Assembly: GCA_944390945.1 (NCBI GenBank)
Contig: CALXRV010000011.1
Coordinates: 37,977 to 101,976 of the forward strand
Direction of reading: 5' to 3'
From: an uncultured Clostridia bacterium
GTDB lineage: Bacteria > Bacillota > Dehalobacteriia > UBA4068
DNA: 64,000 bases
Shown here: positions 17,449-27,800 of the stretch, in pieces
How the letters are laid out: each line of letters opens with the position of its first letter
Position numbering within the stretch: position 1 is the stretch's first letter
Position numbers and translations under genes: made by a program
Notes under the pieces: generated by a model
Databases searched by the model: none
The model's input: the letters and a program-made list of their open reading frames with translations, nothing else
Told to the model about the DNA's origin: nothing

Positions 17449-18154
17449 GTGCCGTTCCCCCCTCCAGCTTATATCCTTGTCCCCAAACTACTTTCAGATA
17501 GCGTGGCTCGGCGGGATTGATCTCCAGTTTTTCGCGCAGGTGTCGAATATGCACAGCCACCGTATTCTCAGCGCCGTAAGCCGGATTCTGCCAAACTTCG
17601 TGATAGATCTGCGTGGAGGAAAACACTTTACCCGGATTTTTCATCAAAAAGTGCAGGATATCATATTCGGTCGGCGTAAGGCTTACCGGCACGCCATCCA
17701 AGGTTACCTGCTTGGCTGCATCATCCAACTGAATGCCCCCCACGCAAAGCACAGATTCATCCGCTTGCTTTTTCATCATGCCGCCAAGATTGACATATCG
17801 ACGAAGCTGCGCCTTTACCCGTGCCAGCAGCTCAACCGGATTAAACGGCTTCACCACATAATCGTCGGCGCCAATATTCAATCCCAATACTTTATCCGTA
17901 TCTTCACCTTTAGCAGTCAGCAGGATCACCGGAATATTGCTCTCCTGTCGAAGGCGAGAAATAGCAGTAATGCCATCCATGCCCGGCATCATGATATCCA
18001 TCAACACCAGCTGGATATCTTCCTTTTCCAGGATAGCCAAAGCTTCGCTGCCCGTATAGGCTTCAAACACCTGATACCCCTCTGCCGTCAAATAGATCCG
18101 CAGCGCGGAAACGATATCCCGTTCATCATCGCAAACCAGAATATTACTCATCAT
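17441..18154 (-). CDS. OmpR-family response regulator (canonical receiver)
   Basis: MMSNILVCDDERDIV...LVLMDIMMPGMDG...ILLTAKGEDTDKVLGLNIGADDYVVKPFNPVEL plus the winged-helix AVHIRHLREKL. Start placed at the ATG with GGAGGA 5 nt upstream. Confidence 0.9.
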   Translation of the reverse strand: MMSNILVCDDERDIVSALRIYLTAEGYQVFEAYTGSEALAILEKEDIQLVLMDIMMPGMDGITAISRLRQESNIPVILLTAKGEDTDKVLGLNIGADDYVVKPFNPVELLARVKAQLRRYVNLGGMMKKQADESVLCVGGIQLDDAAKQVTLDGVPVSLTPTEYDILHFLMKNPGKVFSSTQIYHEVWQNPAYGAENTVAVHIRHLREKLEINPAEPRYLKVVWGQGYKLEGGTAHA

Positions 18155-18280
18155 TTCATCCTCCGCTATTATTGTAGCGTTCTTTTTTTTAATAACCAAT
18201 CAGGCAATTACTTAAAAATTTTTTAAGAATTCCCCTTGTTTGTGCAAAATAAGCAAAAGATAACCGCAATGCCCGCTTTA

Positions 18281-18309
18281 TTGATTGTACCATGTGGTCA
18301 TGATAAAAT
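18281..18309 (+). promoter_or_regulatory. Sigma-A promoter for deoC: -35 TTGATT, 17 nt, -10 TAAAAT
   Basis: Hexamers with ideal spacing about 50 nt upstream of the deoC ATG. Confidence 0.5.
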
Positions 18310-18362
18310 AAAGAAGCGTAGCGCCTTGTCTTCAAGCATTAACCGGCCAGAAAGGATCTGAG

Positions 18363-19022
18363 ATGATGGATAACCAGGAAATCTTTCGCCATATTGACCA
18401 TACCTTGTTAAAACCGGACGCTACCTGGGAAGATGTCCGGCGTATTTGCGAAGAAGCGCAACATTATGGGGCGGCAAGTGCATGTATCGCGCCCGTTTAT
18501 CTCCAACCGGCGCGCCAATCTTTTCCGCAGCTGCCGTTGACCACAGTAATCGGGTTTCCGTTTGGGTTTCAGACGACAGCCACAAAGCTGGCAGAGGCAA
18601 AAGACGCTTTGCTATGCGGTGCAACAGAACTGGATATGGTGATCCACCTGGGCGCAGCGCGGCAAGGCGCTTTCCACCAGATCGAAGCAGAGATCGCCGC
18701 GCTGCGTGAGGCAGCTGGCCAGCATATCCTGAAAGTGATCGTTGAGACCTGCTATCTGAATGAAGAACAAAAAATTACGCTCTGCCATGTGGTCTCCTCA
18801 GCCGGCGCAGATTATATCAAAACCTCGACCGGCTTTGGCATAAGCGGCGCAATGCTGACGGATATTGCGTTATTTCGCAGGCATCTGGATAAAAACGTAC
18901 GGATTAAAGCAGCCGGTGGTATCCGCAGCAAAGAAGAGATGATCGCCTTCCTTCAGGCAGGCGCAGACCGGCTGGGCTGTTCAGCTGGTGTCAATGCATT
19001 ATTTGTTAAAGGCAGCAGCTGA
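18363..19022 (+). CDS. deoC: Deoxyribose-phosphate aldolase
   Basis: HIDHTLLKPDAT, VCIAPVYL, TVIGFPFG, KVIVETCYL, IKTSTGF and IKAAGGIR, including the Schiff-base lysine context. Confidence 0.9.
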   Translation: MMDNQEIFRHIDHTLLKPDATWEDVRRICEEAQHYGAASACIAPVYLQPARQSFPQLPLTTVIGFPFGFQTTATKLAEAKDALLCGATELDMVIHLGAARQGAFHQIEAEIAALREAAGQHILKVIVETCYLNEEQKITLCHVVSSAGADYIKTSTGFGISGAMLTDIALFRRHLDKNVRIKAAGGIRSKEEMIAFLQAGADRLGCSAGVNALFVKGSS

Positions 19023-19085
19023 AGTTATCCGAAAAGCCACGCATAAAGCAGCCGCCATAAAAGCAGATAAAAAACATGGCGCAGC

Positions 19086-19135
19086 AAAAAGACCGCACCT
19101 CCTTGCCCAATTCAAGGATGTACGGTCTTTTATCT
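19086..19135. terminator. Bidirectional rho-independent terminator between convergent deoC and the NhaC-family gene
   Basis: AAGACCGCACCTCCTT...AAGGATGTACGGTCTT hairpin (14 of 16 positions paired) flanked by an A-run upstream and a T-run downstream. Confidence 0.65.
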
Positions 19136-19167
19136 TGCCTTATGCTATGTTTTATTGCTTAGGCAAA

Positions 19168-20784
19168 TTATGCTTGTGATTTTTTGCGCATGACAACCCG
19201 CAGGCCAGCCAGAACCAGAACCATCAACACGACGGAAAGCGGTAACATAATCCAGGCATTGCGGATCAAGGCAGCCAGGATATAACAGACCAAGCTGACG
19301 CCGGCAACCAGCAACGCATAAGGAATTTGCGTGGACACATGGCTGATATGGCTGCACTGTGCGCCGGTGGAAGCCATGATCGTCGTATCAGAAATCGGAG
19401 AGATATGATCACCGCAGACAGCGCCGGCCAAAACGGCGGAAACTGCGATCACCATCATTTCACCGCCTTCTGCAAAGAGGGACAACACGATCGGAATCAA
19501 AATAGCAAAGGTACCCCAAGAAGTTCCTGTAGCAAACGCCACCCCGAGCGCAATCAGGAACATCACTGCCGGCAGTAGGAAGCTGGCAGCGGCACTACCC
19601 CTTACTGCCTGTTCAACAAAGGCAGAAGAACCAAGAGAATCATTGCAGAAGCCGGAAAGCGTCCAGGCCAGAACCAAAATGAGGATCGCCGGCACCATCG
19701 CACGGAAGCCATCTGGAATGCAGGCAGCGAACTGCCGATAAGTCAATACACGGCGGGGGATATAAAGTAAAAAAGTAAGCACCAGGGTGGCAAAGCTGCC
19801 CAGCACCAGACCAACCGAAGCATTGCAATCTGCGAAAGCAGTGATAAAGTCCACGCCGTCAAAAAAGCCGCCGGTATAGATCATGCCGATCACGCAGCAG
19901 ATGATAAGGAGGACGATTGGGATAACCAGATCCAACACATGACCCTTGCTCGTCACCGGCTCTTCATCTGCCGCAGCATAAGGCCTGTCTTCAGTAGTAT
20001 AAAGATCGCCCGCCAAAGCATTTAGTTCATGTTTGGCCATCGGGCCAAAATCCAGTTTCATCACGGCAAGGCAAATCATCATGGTCAAAGTCAGCCATGC
20101 GTAATAGTTATAAGGGATACTTTGCAAGAACATGGCAAAGCCATCGATATGGAATCCCTCAGCGGAAGAAGTAACCGCAGCCGCCCAGCTTGAAATCGGC
20201 GCAATAATGCAGATCGGCGCTGCGGTAGCATCAATGATATAGGCCAGTTTAGCACGGGAAATATTAAATTTATCCGTTACCGGACGCATTACGCTGCCTA
20301 CGGTCAGGCAGTTGAAATAATCGTCGACAAAAATCAGGACGCCCAGACCCGTCGTTGCCAGCAGGGCGCCAGAACGGGATTTAATGCGTTTTGCCGCCCA
20401 TGCACCATAAGCAGCCGAGCCACCGGCGCGAGTCATCAATGCAACAATGATGCCCAGCATAACCAGGAAAATAAGAATCGCCATATTCCCACTGTCCCCG
20501 GCCTTGCCGATCATCATATCCAGGAGCGAAGTAACGGTATGTACCGGTTGAAAACCCGCATAAAGCAGCGCACCACAGACTGCGCCCAGAAACAGTGAAA
20601 TATAGACCTCCTTGGTGATCAATGCGATCACGATCGCAACCAACGGCGGCAGCAAAGACCAGACTGTCCCGAAAAAGCTGCTCTGATACGCCTCCCCATC
20701 CTCTGCCAGCACTGTAGTACTGCAGATAAGAAGCAGCGCCAGTACGAGGATGAAAAAGAGCATCCTTTTTGCCAACAAACGCAT
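19168..20784 (-). CDS. lysW: NhaC-family (Na+/H+ antiporter-like) transporter; putative lysine transporter of the LysW type, based on the lysine riboswitch in its leader
   Basis: 538-aa polytopic protein with NhaC-family blocks (LGVLIFVDDYFNCLTVGSVMRPVTDK...). Start placed at ATGCGT (MRLLAKRM) with SD GGGGGGAG. A lysine riboswitch lies 5' of it. The ORF-track start is 15 codons further upstream. Confidence 0.75.
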   Translation of the reverse strand: MRLLAKRMLFFILVLALLLICSTTVLAEDGEAYQSSFFGTVWSLLPPLVAIVIALITKEVYISLFLGAVCGALLYAGFQPVHTVTSLLDMMIGKAGDSGNMAILIFLVMLGIIVALMTRAGGSAAYGAWAAKRIKSRSGALLATTGLGVLIFVDDYFNCLTVGSVMRPVTDKFNISRAKLAYIIDATAAPICIIAPISSWAAAVTSSAEGFHIDGFAMFLQSIPYNYYAWLTLTMMICLAVMKLDFGPMAKHELNALAGDLYTTEDRPYAAADEEPVTSKGHVLDLVIPIVLLIICCVIGMIYTGGFFDGVDFITAFADCNASVGLVLGSFATLVLTFLLYIPRRVLTYRQFAACIPDGFRAMVPAILILVLAWTLSGFCNDSLGSSAFVEQAVRGSAAASFLLPAVMFLIALGVAFATGTSWGTFAILIPIVLSLFAEGGEMMVIAVSAVLAGAVCGDHISPISDTTIMASTGAQCSHISHVSTQIPYALLVAGVSLVCYILAALIRNAWIMLPLSVVLMVLVLAGLRVVMRKKSQA

Positions 20785-20852
20785 GAAACTCCCCCCTAAA
20801 TACGAAATCGATGAAAACAAATGCAACATAGCCGACCCTTGCTCGCTTTCCC

Positions 20853-21073
20853 CAAATAAAAACAGCAGCCAGATACGGACGCATCACGGCTGCCAATAAG
20901 CTACAGACAAGGCCAATGATAGCGCTCCACGATCGTGACAGTCCGTTACATATTTTGCAACGACCCAGCACAGAACAGGCAGGCCCCCATACTGTACTTC
21001 GGCGGAAACGCCTTTTCCCCGTCGCACGGCCTGTGCGTTCAATCGGGGTACTCATCATTCCCGCGCCTCTATC
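20853..21073 (-). ncRNA. Lysine riboswitch (L-box) with its terminator expression platform, in the 5' leader of the NhaC-family transporter gene
   Basis: On the minus strand the hallmark L-box blocks appear in order: GATAGAGGCGC, GAGTA, GCCGAAG, CTGG, GTCA, GGAGCGCTATC (which closes P1). A GCAGCC/GGCTGC terminator hairpin with TGTTTTTATTT follows at + 20853-20893. Confidence 0.8.
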
Positions 21074-21104
21074 TTTCGGCGAAAGCTTTTATGCAATTAT
21101 CAAT

Positions 21105-21133
21105 ATCATATATTCCCGATTGTTGTTTGTCAA
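21105..21133 (-). promoter_or_regulatory. Promoter driving the lysine riboswitch and transporter: -35 TTGACA (21133-21128), 17 nt, -10 TATGAT (21110-21105)
   Basis: Hexamers read on the minus strand about 30 nt upstream of the riboswitch P1. Confidence 0.5.
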
Positions 21134-21179
21134 TACTTTCCCAAAAATGTTATCTCCAGCCGAAAAATCGGCCAGAGCA

Positions 21180-21208
21180 TTGAAATATGACGACAAAAGC
21201 GGTACAAT
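21180..21208 (+). promoter_or_regulatory. Promoter for upp: -35 TTGAAA, 17 nt, -10 TACAAT
   Basis: Good hexamers about 55 nt upstream of the upp ATG. Divergent from the riboswitch promoter. Confidence 0.5.
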
Positions 21209-21261
21209 TTTATTAGCAAGCTTGCTGCCGGAAAACGGGAATTCGAGAAAAGGAGAAACCT

Positions 21262-21891
21262 ATGGCTACTTTACACCTGGTCGACCATCCAATGATCCAG
21301 CATAAGCTGACGATCATGCGCAAAAAAGACACCAGCACGAAAGACTTCCGCGAGCTGCTCAACGAGATATCCATGCTGCTCGGTTATGAAGTGACGCGAG
21401 ATTTTCCCGTCTGTGATGTGGAAATTGAAACCCCTCTGCAAAAAATGACGGGCAAAGAGATCACCGGAAAAAAGGTTGCTATCGTGCCGATTTTGCGCGC
21501 CGGCCTGGGGATGGTAGACGGCCTGGTCAGCCTGGTTCCGGTGGCAAAGGTCGGGCATATCGGCCTCTATCGGGATGAAACTACACATAAACCTGTGTTC
21601 TACTACTGTAAATTGCCGCTTGATATCGAGCAGCGAATCGTCATCATCTGCGACCCCATGCTGGCAACCGGCGGCAGCGCTTGCGATGCCATCCAGCTGC
21701 TTAAAGATAAAGGCTGTGCCAGTATTCGCTTGATGTGCCTGGTTTCCGCCCCGGAAGGGATCGCTAAAGTGCAACAGGAACACCCGGATGTAGATATCTA
21801 TACGGCAGCAGTGGATACTTGCTTGAATGAACACGCCTATATCCTGCCTGGTCTTGGCGATGCGGGCGACCGTATTTTCGGCACGAAATAA
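21262..21891 (+). CDS. upp: Uracil phosphoribosyltransferase
   Basis: [47 protein letters not shown]...[11 protein letters not shown] are canonical Upp motifs. SD AAAGGAGAA. Confidence 0.95.
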   Translation: MATLHLVDHPMIQHKLTIMRKKDTSTKDFRELLNEISMLLGYEVTRDFPVCDVEIETPLQKMTGKEITGKKVAIVPILRAGLGMVDGLVSLVPVAKVGHIGLYRDETTHKPVFYYCKLPLDIEQRIVIICDPMLATGGSACDAIQLLKDKGCASIRLMCLVSAPEGIAKVQQEHPDVDIYTAAVDTCLNEHAYILPGLGDAGDRIFGTK

Positions 21892-21937
21892 AGAATCTCC
21901 GGGCGTGACATGACTGCGCCCTTTTATTCAGATAAGC

Positions 21938-21975
21938 GAAACGGGTACGGCTCGCCGTACCCGTTTCCTTTATTT
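21938..21975 (+). terminator. Rho-independent terminator after upp (AAACGGGTACGG ctcg CCGTACCCGTTT CCTTTATTTT)
   Basis: 12-bp perfect stem plus a T-run. A weaker hairpin precedes it at 21902-21935. Confidence 0.8.
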
Positions 21976-22009
21976 TGCAGAAGCCGGTAATTGTTCCGCT
22001 CAATTAGTT

Positions 22010-23350
22010 CTACTCCACTGGGAAAGCAGCGTCCTCTGCCTCTACCTGCATATCAAAGGTATAATCATTGCCCGGCAGGATGGCATTGAGCAGAATACCG
22101 GCAATAGCAGCCACCGCCAGACCAGAAAGCGTGATCACCGCTTCGCCGACCTGGAAAGTAACGCCGCCGGCCGCATTAAAGCCAAGCGCAAACACCAGCA
22201 CGACTGCAGCAATGATCAGGTTACGCGTTTTGGTGAAATCGACGCGGTTATCCACAAGATTACGGATGCCGACGGCGGAGATCATGCCGTAGAGCACCAG
22301 AGAAACGCCGCCGATGATTGCCGTCGGGATGGAATGGACAATCTCACTGAACTTGGGAATAAAGCTGAGTAGCACTGCGATAACAGCCGCGATACGGATC
22401 ACACGTGGATCGTAAACCTTGGTCAGCACGAGTACGCCGGTATTCTCGCCGTAAGTAGTATTGGCCGGACCGCCAAAGATGGCGGAAAGGCTGGTCGCAA
22501 TACCATCCCCCAATAAAGTACGGTGTAGGCCCGGCTTGACAATATAATTTTTGCCAGTAGTGGCGGAAATCGCGCATATATCTCCGATGTGTTCCATCAT
22601 CGTTGCCAACGCGATCGGCACAATGGCGATGATTGCGGAAACATCAAATTTGGCGATCATGATTTCCGGTAAACCAACAATATCCGCTTCCTGCACCAAT
22701 GTGAAATCGACCTGATTCATGAACAGGGCAACGATATAGGAGACCACAATACCCAGCAGAATGGGAATGATTTTAATCATCCCTTTACCAAAGATATTGG
22801 CAACGATGATGACGACCAGCGCAATCATCGCCAGCAGCCAGTTCGTCTGGCAGTTCGTGATCGCGCTCGGTGCAAGGATAAGGCCGATGGCAATAATCAT
22901 CGGGCCGACGACTACCGGCGGGAAAAAGCGCATCACGCGTTGCGTACCGAAAGATTTGATCAGCAGGGCCAATATCACATAAAGCAAGCCGGAGACGGCA
23001 ACACCGCCGCAGGCATAAGGCAGCATCTCCACGTTTGGCGAACCATCCGCCAGTAACGGCGCCACTGCCGCATAGCCGCCCAAAAATGCGAAAGAAGAGC
23101 CAAGAAAAGCAGGCACCTGCAATTTCGTCAGCAGGTGAAACAGCAGTGTGCCCAAACCCGCCATCAGCAATGCCGTACTGACCTCAAGACCGGTGAGCAA
23201 GGGCACCAGCACCGTTGCGCCGAACATTGCAAAAGCATGCTGGAAACCAAGGATCAGCATTTTCGGTACACCAAGCGTCCTTGCATCATAAATCCCTTCC
23301 ACACCCAGCTTAGACTGACTTGCCTTGACCTCATCAATTCGCGCTGCCAT
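22010..23350 (-). CDS. pyrP: Uracil/xanthine permease (NCS2 family; likely uracil permease given the adjacent upp)
   Basis: 446 aa with NCS2 motifs (LGFQHAFAMFGATVLVPLLTGL...). Start placed at ATG (MAARIDEV) with SD GGGGAGG 6 nt upstream. The ORF track extends 36 codons further upstream. Confidence 0.8.
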   Translation of the reverse strand: MAARIDEVKASQSKLGVEGIYDARTLGVPKMLILGFQHAFAMFGATVLVPLLTGLEVSTALLMAGLGTLLFHLLTKLQVPAFLGSSFAFLGGYAAVAPLLADGSPNVEMLPYACGGVAVSGLLYVILALLIKSFGTQRVMRFFPPVVVGPMIIAIGLILAPSAITNCQTNWLLAMIALVVIIVANIFGKGMIKIIPILLGIVVSYIVALFMNQVDFTLVQEADIVGLPEIMIAKFDVSAIIAIVPIALATMMEHIGDICAISATTGKNYIVKPGLHRTLLGDGIATSLSAIFGGPANTTYGENTGVLVLTKVYDPRVIRIAAVIAVLLSFIPKFSEIVHSIPTAIIGGVSLVLYGMISAVGIRNLVDNRVDFTKTRNLIIAAVVLVFALGFNAAGGVTFQVGEAVITLSGLAVAAIAGILLNAILPGNDYTFDMQVEAEDAAFPVE

Positions 23351-23400
23351 AAGTACCTCCCCAATCTGAATGAATATAAGTGCAACTGCCTGAATCCAAT

Positions 23401-23478
23401 AAAAAACATCTTGCCGTTTCCGACAAGACGCGCAAGACCGCCGCGCCAAGCGCGGCAAACCATATGGTATCTTGTCGG
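23401..23478 (-). promoter_or_regulatory. Transcription attenuator in the pyrP leader: intrinsic terminator (TCTTGTCGgaaaCGGCAAGA then TGTTTTTT) with a mutually exclusive upstream antiterminator segment (GCCGACAAGA) and an intervening GC hairpin
   Basis: Read on the minus strand between the promoter and the pyrP SD. The upstream 9-nt segment CCGACAAGA is perfectly complementary to the 5' arm of the terminator. This is a classic terminator/antiterminator arrangement. Confidence 0.55.
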
Positions 23479-23519
23479 CATCACCGTACCAACTTAAAGA
23501 TCTCTTTTAGTTCCGTATC

Positions 23520-23548
23520 ATTATATAGGCCTATCAGAAGCTTGTCAA
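23520..23548 (-). promoter_or_regulatory. Consensus sigma-A promoter for pyrP: -35 TTGACA (23548-23543), 17 nt, -10 TATAAT (23525-23520)
   Basis: Perfect hexamers with 17-nt spacing on the minus strand. Confidence 0.7.
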
Positions 23549-23608
23549 GCAAAAAAGCACAAAATCTGTAATTTTTCGTGCTGTCATGATACAATAGCAA
23601 AAGAAAAC

Positions 23609-24616
23609 TTACTGTGCTTCAAAACAGCAGTAAAGTAATTCTGCAGCTCCGATCCCACGCAGAGGAATGACCTGCGTCTGCAAATACCCGGCCAACGCTT
23701 CACGTGTAAACGGCAGACCGTGAAAGCCGTCCAGGAAAGGCGTCAGTGCAGCATCCGCAAAAAAATCTCCGGTCATATGGAATTCCGCAATACGCCCTGC
23801 GGATAATTTGATCGCAATTTCTACTTTTCCGGCAGGAAAACGGTGATGGAAGCTGCAATCCGCCTGCGGTGAAGCGCCAAAATTCCATTCCCAGCTTCTG
23901 TATTTTTCCTCTGCCAGCTGCCGAATCGCCTCCTGCTCCTCTGCGTTCGGTACATATCGCTGCAACCCGCCGGGTTGCACAGCAGCAAAAGCTGCAGCCA
24001 ATGCATCCCGAAAGGCAAGAACATCCATCCGGCCTCCATCTGGTAAAAGCGCATGGATATTCTGTACGCGTGCGCGTACCGAGGCAACGCCTTTACTGTG
24101 AATTTTTTCCGGATCAACCGCCAGTGTATGTGCGAGCTGCTCCATATCCACATCAAACAGCAGCGTGCCATGATGCAGCAGCCTGCCTTGATGCAAAAAT
24201 TGCGCATTGCCGGAAACCTTCCTGCCGCAAATCTCAATATCATTGCGGCCGCTTATTTGCGCAGACAAGCCCATCGCGCGCAGTGCAGCGGTAATCCGTT
24301 CCGCAAAGGGAGCAAAATCTGGCTTTTGCCGATCATCATGGTCGAGGAGAAACGAGAAATTGAGATTGCCCAAATCATGAAAGACCGCGCCGCCGCCGGA
24401 ATTGCGCCGCACAACTGCAATCTGCTTCTGCTCACAATAGGGCAGGTTTACTTCAGCCAAAGTGTTCTGATAGCGCCCCACGATCACCGCTGGTGCATTG
24501 CGCCAGAGAATAAAAAAAGAACGGTCGCGCTGCTGACAAAAAAATTCTTCCAAAGCCAAATTATAAGCGGCATCTGTCACCGGATTCTCGATATAATACA
24601 TTTTTTGCTCTTCCAT
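23609..24616 (-). CDS. lplA: Lipoate-protein ligase A
   Basis: MYYIENPVTDAAYNLALEEFF...ILWRNAPAVIVGRYQNTLAEVN...VVRRNSGGGAVFHDLGNLNFSF is the LplA catalytic-domain signature. Start chosen at ATGGAAGAG (MEEQKMYY) with a GGGGG SD. The ORF-track start (MGAPMEEQK...) and the internal ATG of MYYIENP are alternatives. Confidence 0.85.
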   Translation of the reverse strand: MEEQKMYYIENPVTDAAYNLALEEFFCQQRDRSFFILWRNAPAVIVGRYQNTLAEVNLPYCEQKQIAVVRRNSGGGAVFHDLGNLNFSFLLDHDDRQKPDFAPFAERITAALRAMGLSAQISGRNDIEICGRKVSGNAQFLHQGRLLHHGTLLFDVDMEQLAHTLAVDPEKIHSKGVASVRARVQNIHALLPDGGRMDVLAFRDALAAAFAAVQPGGLQRYVPNAEEQEAIRQLAEEKYRSWEWNFGASPQADCSFHHRFPAGKVEIAIKLSAGRIAEFHMTGDFFADAALTPFLDGFHGLPFTREALAGYLQTQVIPLRGIGAAELLYCCFEAQ

Positions 24617-24802
24617 AGGCGCCCCCAAGGTTGTTAAGCCATGATTTCCTCTATCCTATCACAGGCAAGTGCTCCTTGCAAGAAAAGCACCGCCTTTAAC
24701 GGAAATATGCTATAATACAGAAAGACCGCATACTGCCCTACGGCGCTAATTCCCAATCATGACCCGGCATAAGAACAAATTTTTCCATCAAGGAGCCTCA
24801 TT

Positions 24803-27800
24803 ATGTTCATTGCAGATCTGCATATCCATGCTAAATATTCCCGCGCCACCAGCCAGGACTGCATACCGGAACTGCTCGATCAGGCAGCGCGACAAAAAGG
24901 CTTATTGCTGTTGGGAACTGGCGATTGTACGCATGCCGCCTACCGTGCAGAGCTACGCGAACAACTGGAGGAAGCAGAAGACGGCCTTTATCGGCTGAAG
25001 CCGAGTCTGGTTCGCCCGCTGTCGGGCGCACTGCAGGATGCACCTGCCCCGCGCTTCATCATCAGCGGCGAAATCAGCACCATTTATAAACAGAGCGGCA
25101 AAGTACGCAAGATCCATCATCTAATCCTCTTCCCTTCCCTGTCTGCAGCAGAGGAACTCAGCCGCCGTTTGGAGCAGCTCGGCTGTAATCTGCATGCTGA
25201 TGGCAGGCCGATTATTGGTCTTTCCAGCCATGATCTGCTGGAACTAACGCTGGATGCCTGCCCACAGGCCATCTTTATCCCAGCGCATATCTGGACGCCA
25301 CATTTTTCCCTATTTGGCGCATATTCCGGTTTTGATACTGTAGAAGAATGCTTTGGCGACCTGACGCCACAAATCCATGCGCTGGAGACCGGGCTTTCCG
25401 GAGATCCGCCTATGCATTGGCGGCTTTCCCAGCTGGACCGCTACGCACTTGTATCCAATTCCGACGCGCATTCGCCAGCACGGCTGGCGCGCGAAGCAAA
25501 CCTCTTCTCCTGCGAGCTCAGCTATCCAGCACTTTCGGAAGCGCTTTCCACACCGCATCATCCCGGATTTTATGGCACGATTGAATTCTTCCCGGAAGAG
25601 GGGAAATACCATTACGACGGACACCGCAACTGCCATGTCAGCCTAGCGCCGGCAGAAACTGAGGCGCTGCAGGGTGTATGCCCGGTTTGCGGCGGCAGGT
25701 TGACCGTCGGCGTACTGCATCGTGCTGATGCGCTTGCCGACCGGCCATTAGGCTTTCATCCACCGCAAGCACGGCCATTTGAAAGCCTGGTACCGTTGGT
25801 CGAAGTGATCGCTGCCTCCAGCGGCCTTAGCCCCAACAGCGTCAAAGCGCGGCGGCAATACGATGCCTTGTTGCAAGTTTTGGGACCAGAGCTTCGCATC
25901 CTGCGTGAAACGCCGCTCGAACTGGTCGAGCAACATGCAGGCATCTGCGTGGCAGAGGGATTGCGCCGCCTACGTGCGGGTGAAGTACGCGTCACCCCAG
26001 GATTTGATGGCGAATATGGCAAAGTGAGCATTCTGGACGCTGAAGATATTGACCGGCTTAGCGGTCAGGCTTCTCTGTTCGCATGCTCATCTGCCGAAGA
26101 AAAATTCAGTCCAGACACCATCCACGCTGAGCCTGCGACAAACATCGGGCATCCCGCCCAGACCGGCAAGAACGAGAAGGCAAGAACGGATGTGGAACTC
26201 AATGCGGCACAGTTACGCGCCGTACACAGCACGGCTGCGACAACAGCTGTCATCGCCGGACCTGGTACTGGCAAAACAAAAACGTTGATCAGCAGGGTCA
26301 TCGAGTTGATTGAAACGCGCGGCGCTGCAGCGGAAGAAATTACGGCAGTTACCTTCACCAATAAGGCGGCAGCAGAGCTTCAGGAACGCTTGAAGGCACA
26401 TTTTCATGATAAACGACTGGTCCGGGAAATCCATGTCGGTACATTCCACAGCCTTTGCCTGCGCTTGCTTACTGCTGCGGGGCAAGCGCCCGTCATCCTT
26501 GACGGGGCAGAGGCACGGTCGATCGCTGCTGATCTGGTTACGGAACTGGGGCTAAAAAGCAGCGCAAAGGAAGCTTTGTCCTGCATTTCCCGTCATAAAA
26601 ACACCATGACTGCGGCTGAAAATGTAGAAGAAGCCGAGCTGGTCGCTGCTTATCAGGCCTCATTGCAGCAGCTTGGCGCACTGGATTTTGATGATATCCT
26701 CTCCGCTGCGCTGCAGCTGTGCGAGCAACAACCACAGCGATTGGGCAACATGTGCCGCCACCTGTTAGTCGATGAATTTCAGGATATCAACGAGGTGCAA
26801 TACCGCCTGATCCGCGCCTGGCAGCGCCAGGGTGAAACCTTGTTTGTGATCGGCGATCCAGATCAGGCAATCTACGGCTTTCGTGGTGCATCCGCAGATT
26901 GTTTTACTCAGTTACAGGCAGATCAACCGGATCTGGAGCTGATCCGGTTGACGAAAAATTATCGTTCAACACCAGAGATCCTTGCCGCCAGCCTGCCCGT
27001 CATCAATAAAAATCCCGGTGCACCACGCCAACTGCAGGCAGCTCGCCCACATGGGGACAAACTGCGCCACTATCACACAGCCAGCGCTGACCCGGCTTTT
27101 CAGGAGGCCATTTTTATTGCCAAAGAGATTAACCGTCTCGTCGGTGGTATCGATATGTTACAGGCGCATGCCGATGGCAGTGCATCAGCAGCGCGCAGTT
27201 TTCGTGATATCGCCGTCCTCTACCGTACACATCGCCAAGCGGAAATGATTGCCTATGCTCTGGAGCATGACGGCATCCCCTATACAGCGGCCGGCCGGGA
27301 GGAGCTGCCGGAAGATGATATCATTCGCGATACGCTTGCCTTCTTCCGCTTTCTGCTCAACCCGGCAGATCTAATCTCTCTGCGGCGGACTTTGCTTGCC
27401 AGCGGGGCTTCGCTTGCCACACAACAGCAGCTGTGCAATGCCTATGCTGGCCTACGCAAAAAAAGCGTTGCTGGGTTAATAAAGCAGATTGCTGCGCTGG
27501 GGGAAGATGCCTCGTTACATCGGTTTGCAGAACAAGTAGCTGTCTATACCACGCGCATGCGGCGGGAAAAACCGCATAAGCTGCTGTCCAGCTGGATTGA
27601 GGAAAACCATCTCAGCGGTATCGCCGCCCTGGAAGACCTCTGCCAGATAGCAGTTCTTCAGCCCAGTATGTCCAGCTTATTGCAAACGCTGGCGCTGGGA
27701 TTGGATGCTGATATCGTCAGAAATGGCAGCCAAACCTGCCAGGCCGATGCCGTTCGTCTGATGACGTTGCACGCTGCCAAAGGGTTGGAATTCCCCGTTG

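Noticed and set aside
23351-23520. Looked for a canonical PyrR box (UCCAGAGAGG) or purine/guanine riboswitch core in the pyrP leader
   Set aside because: Neither motif is present. Only the generic terminator/antiterminator architecture can be asserted.
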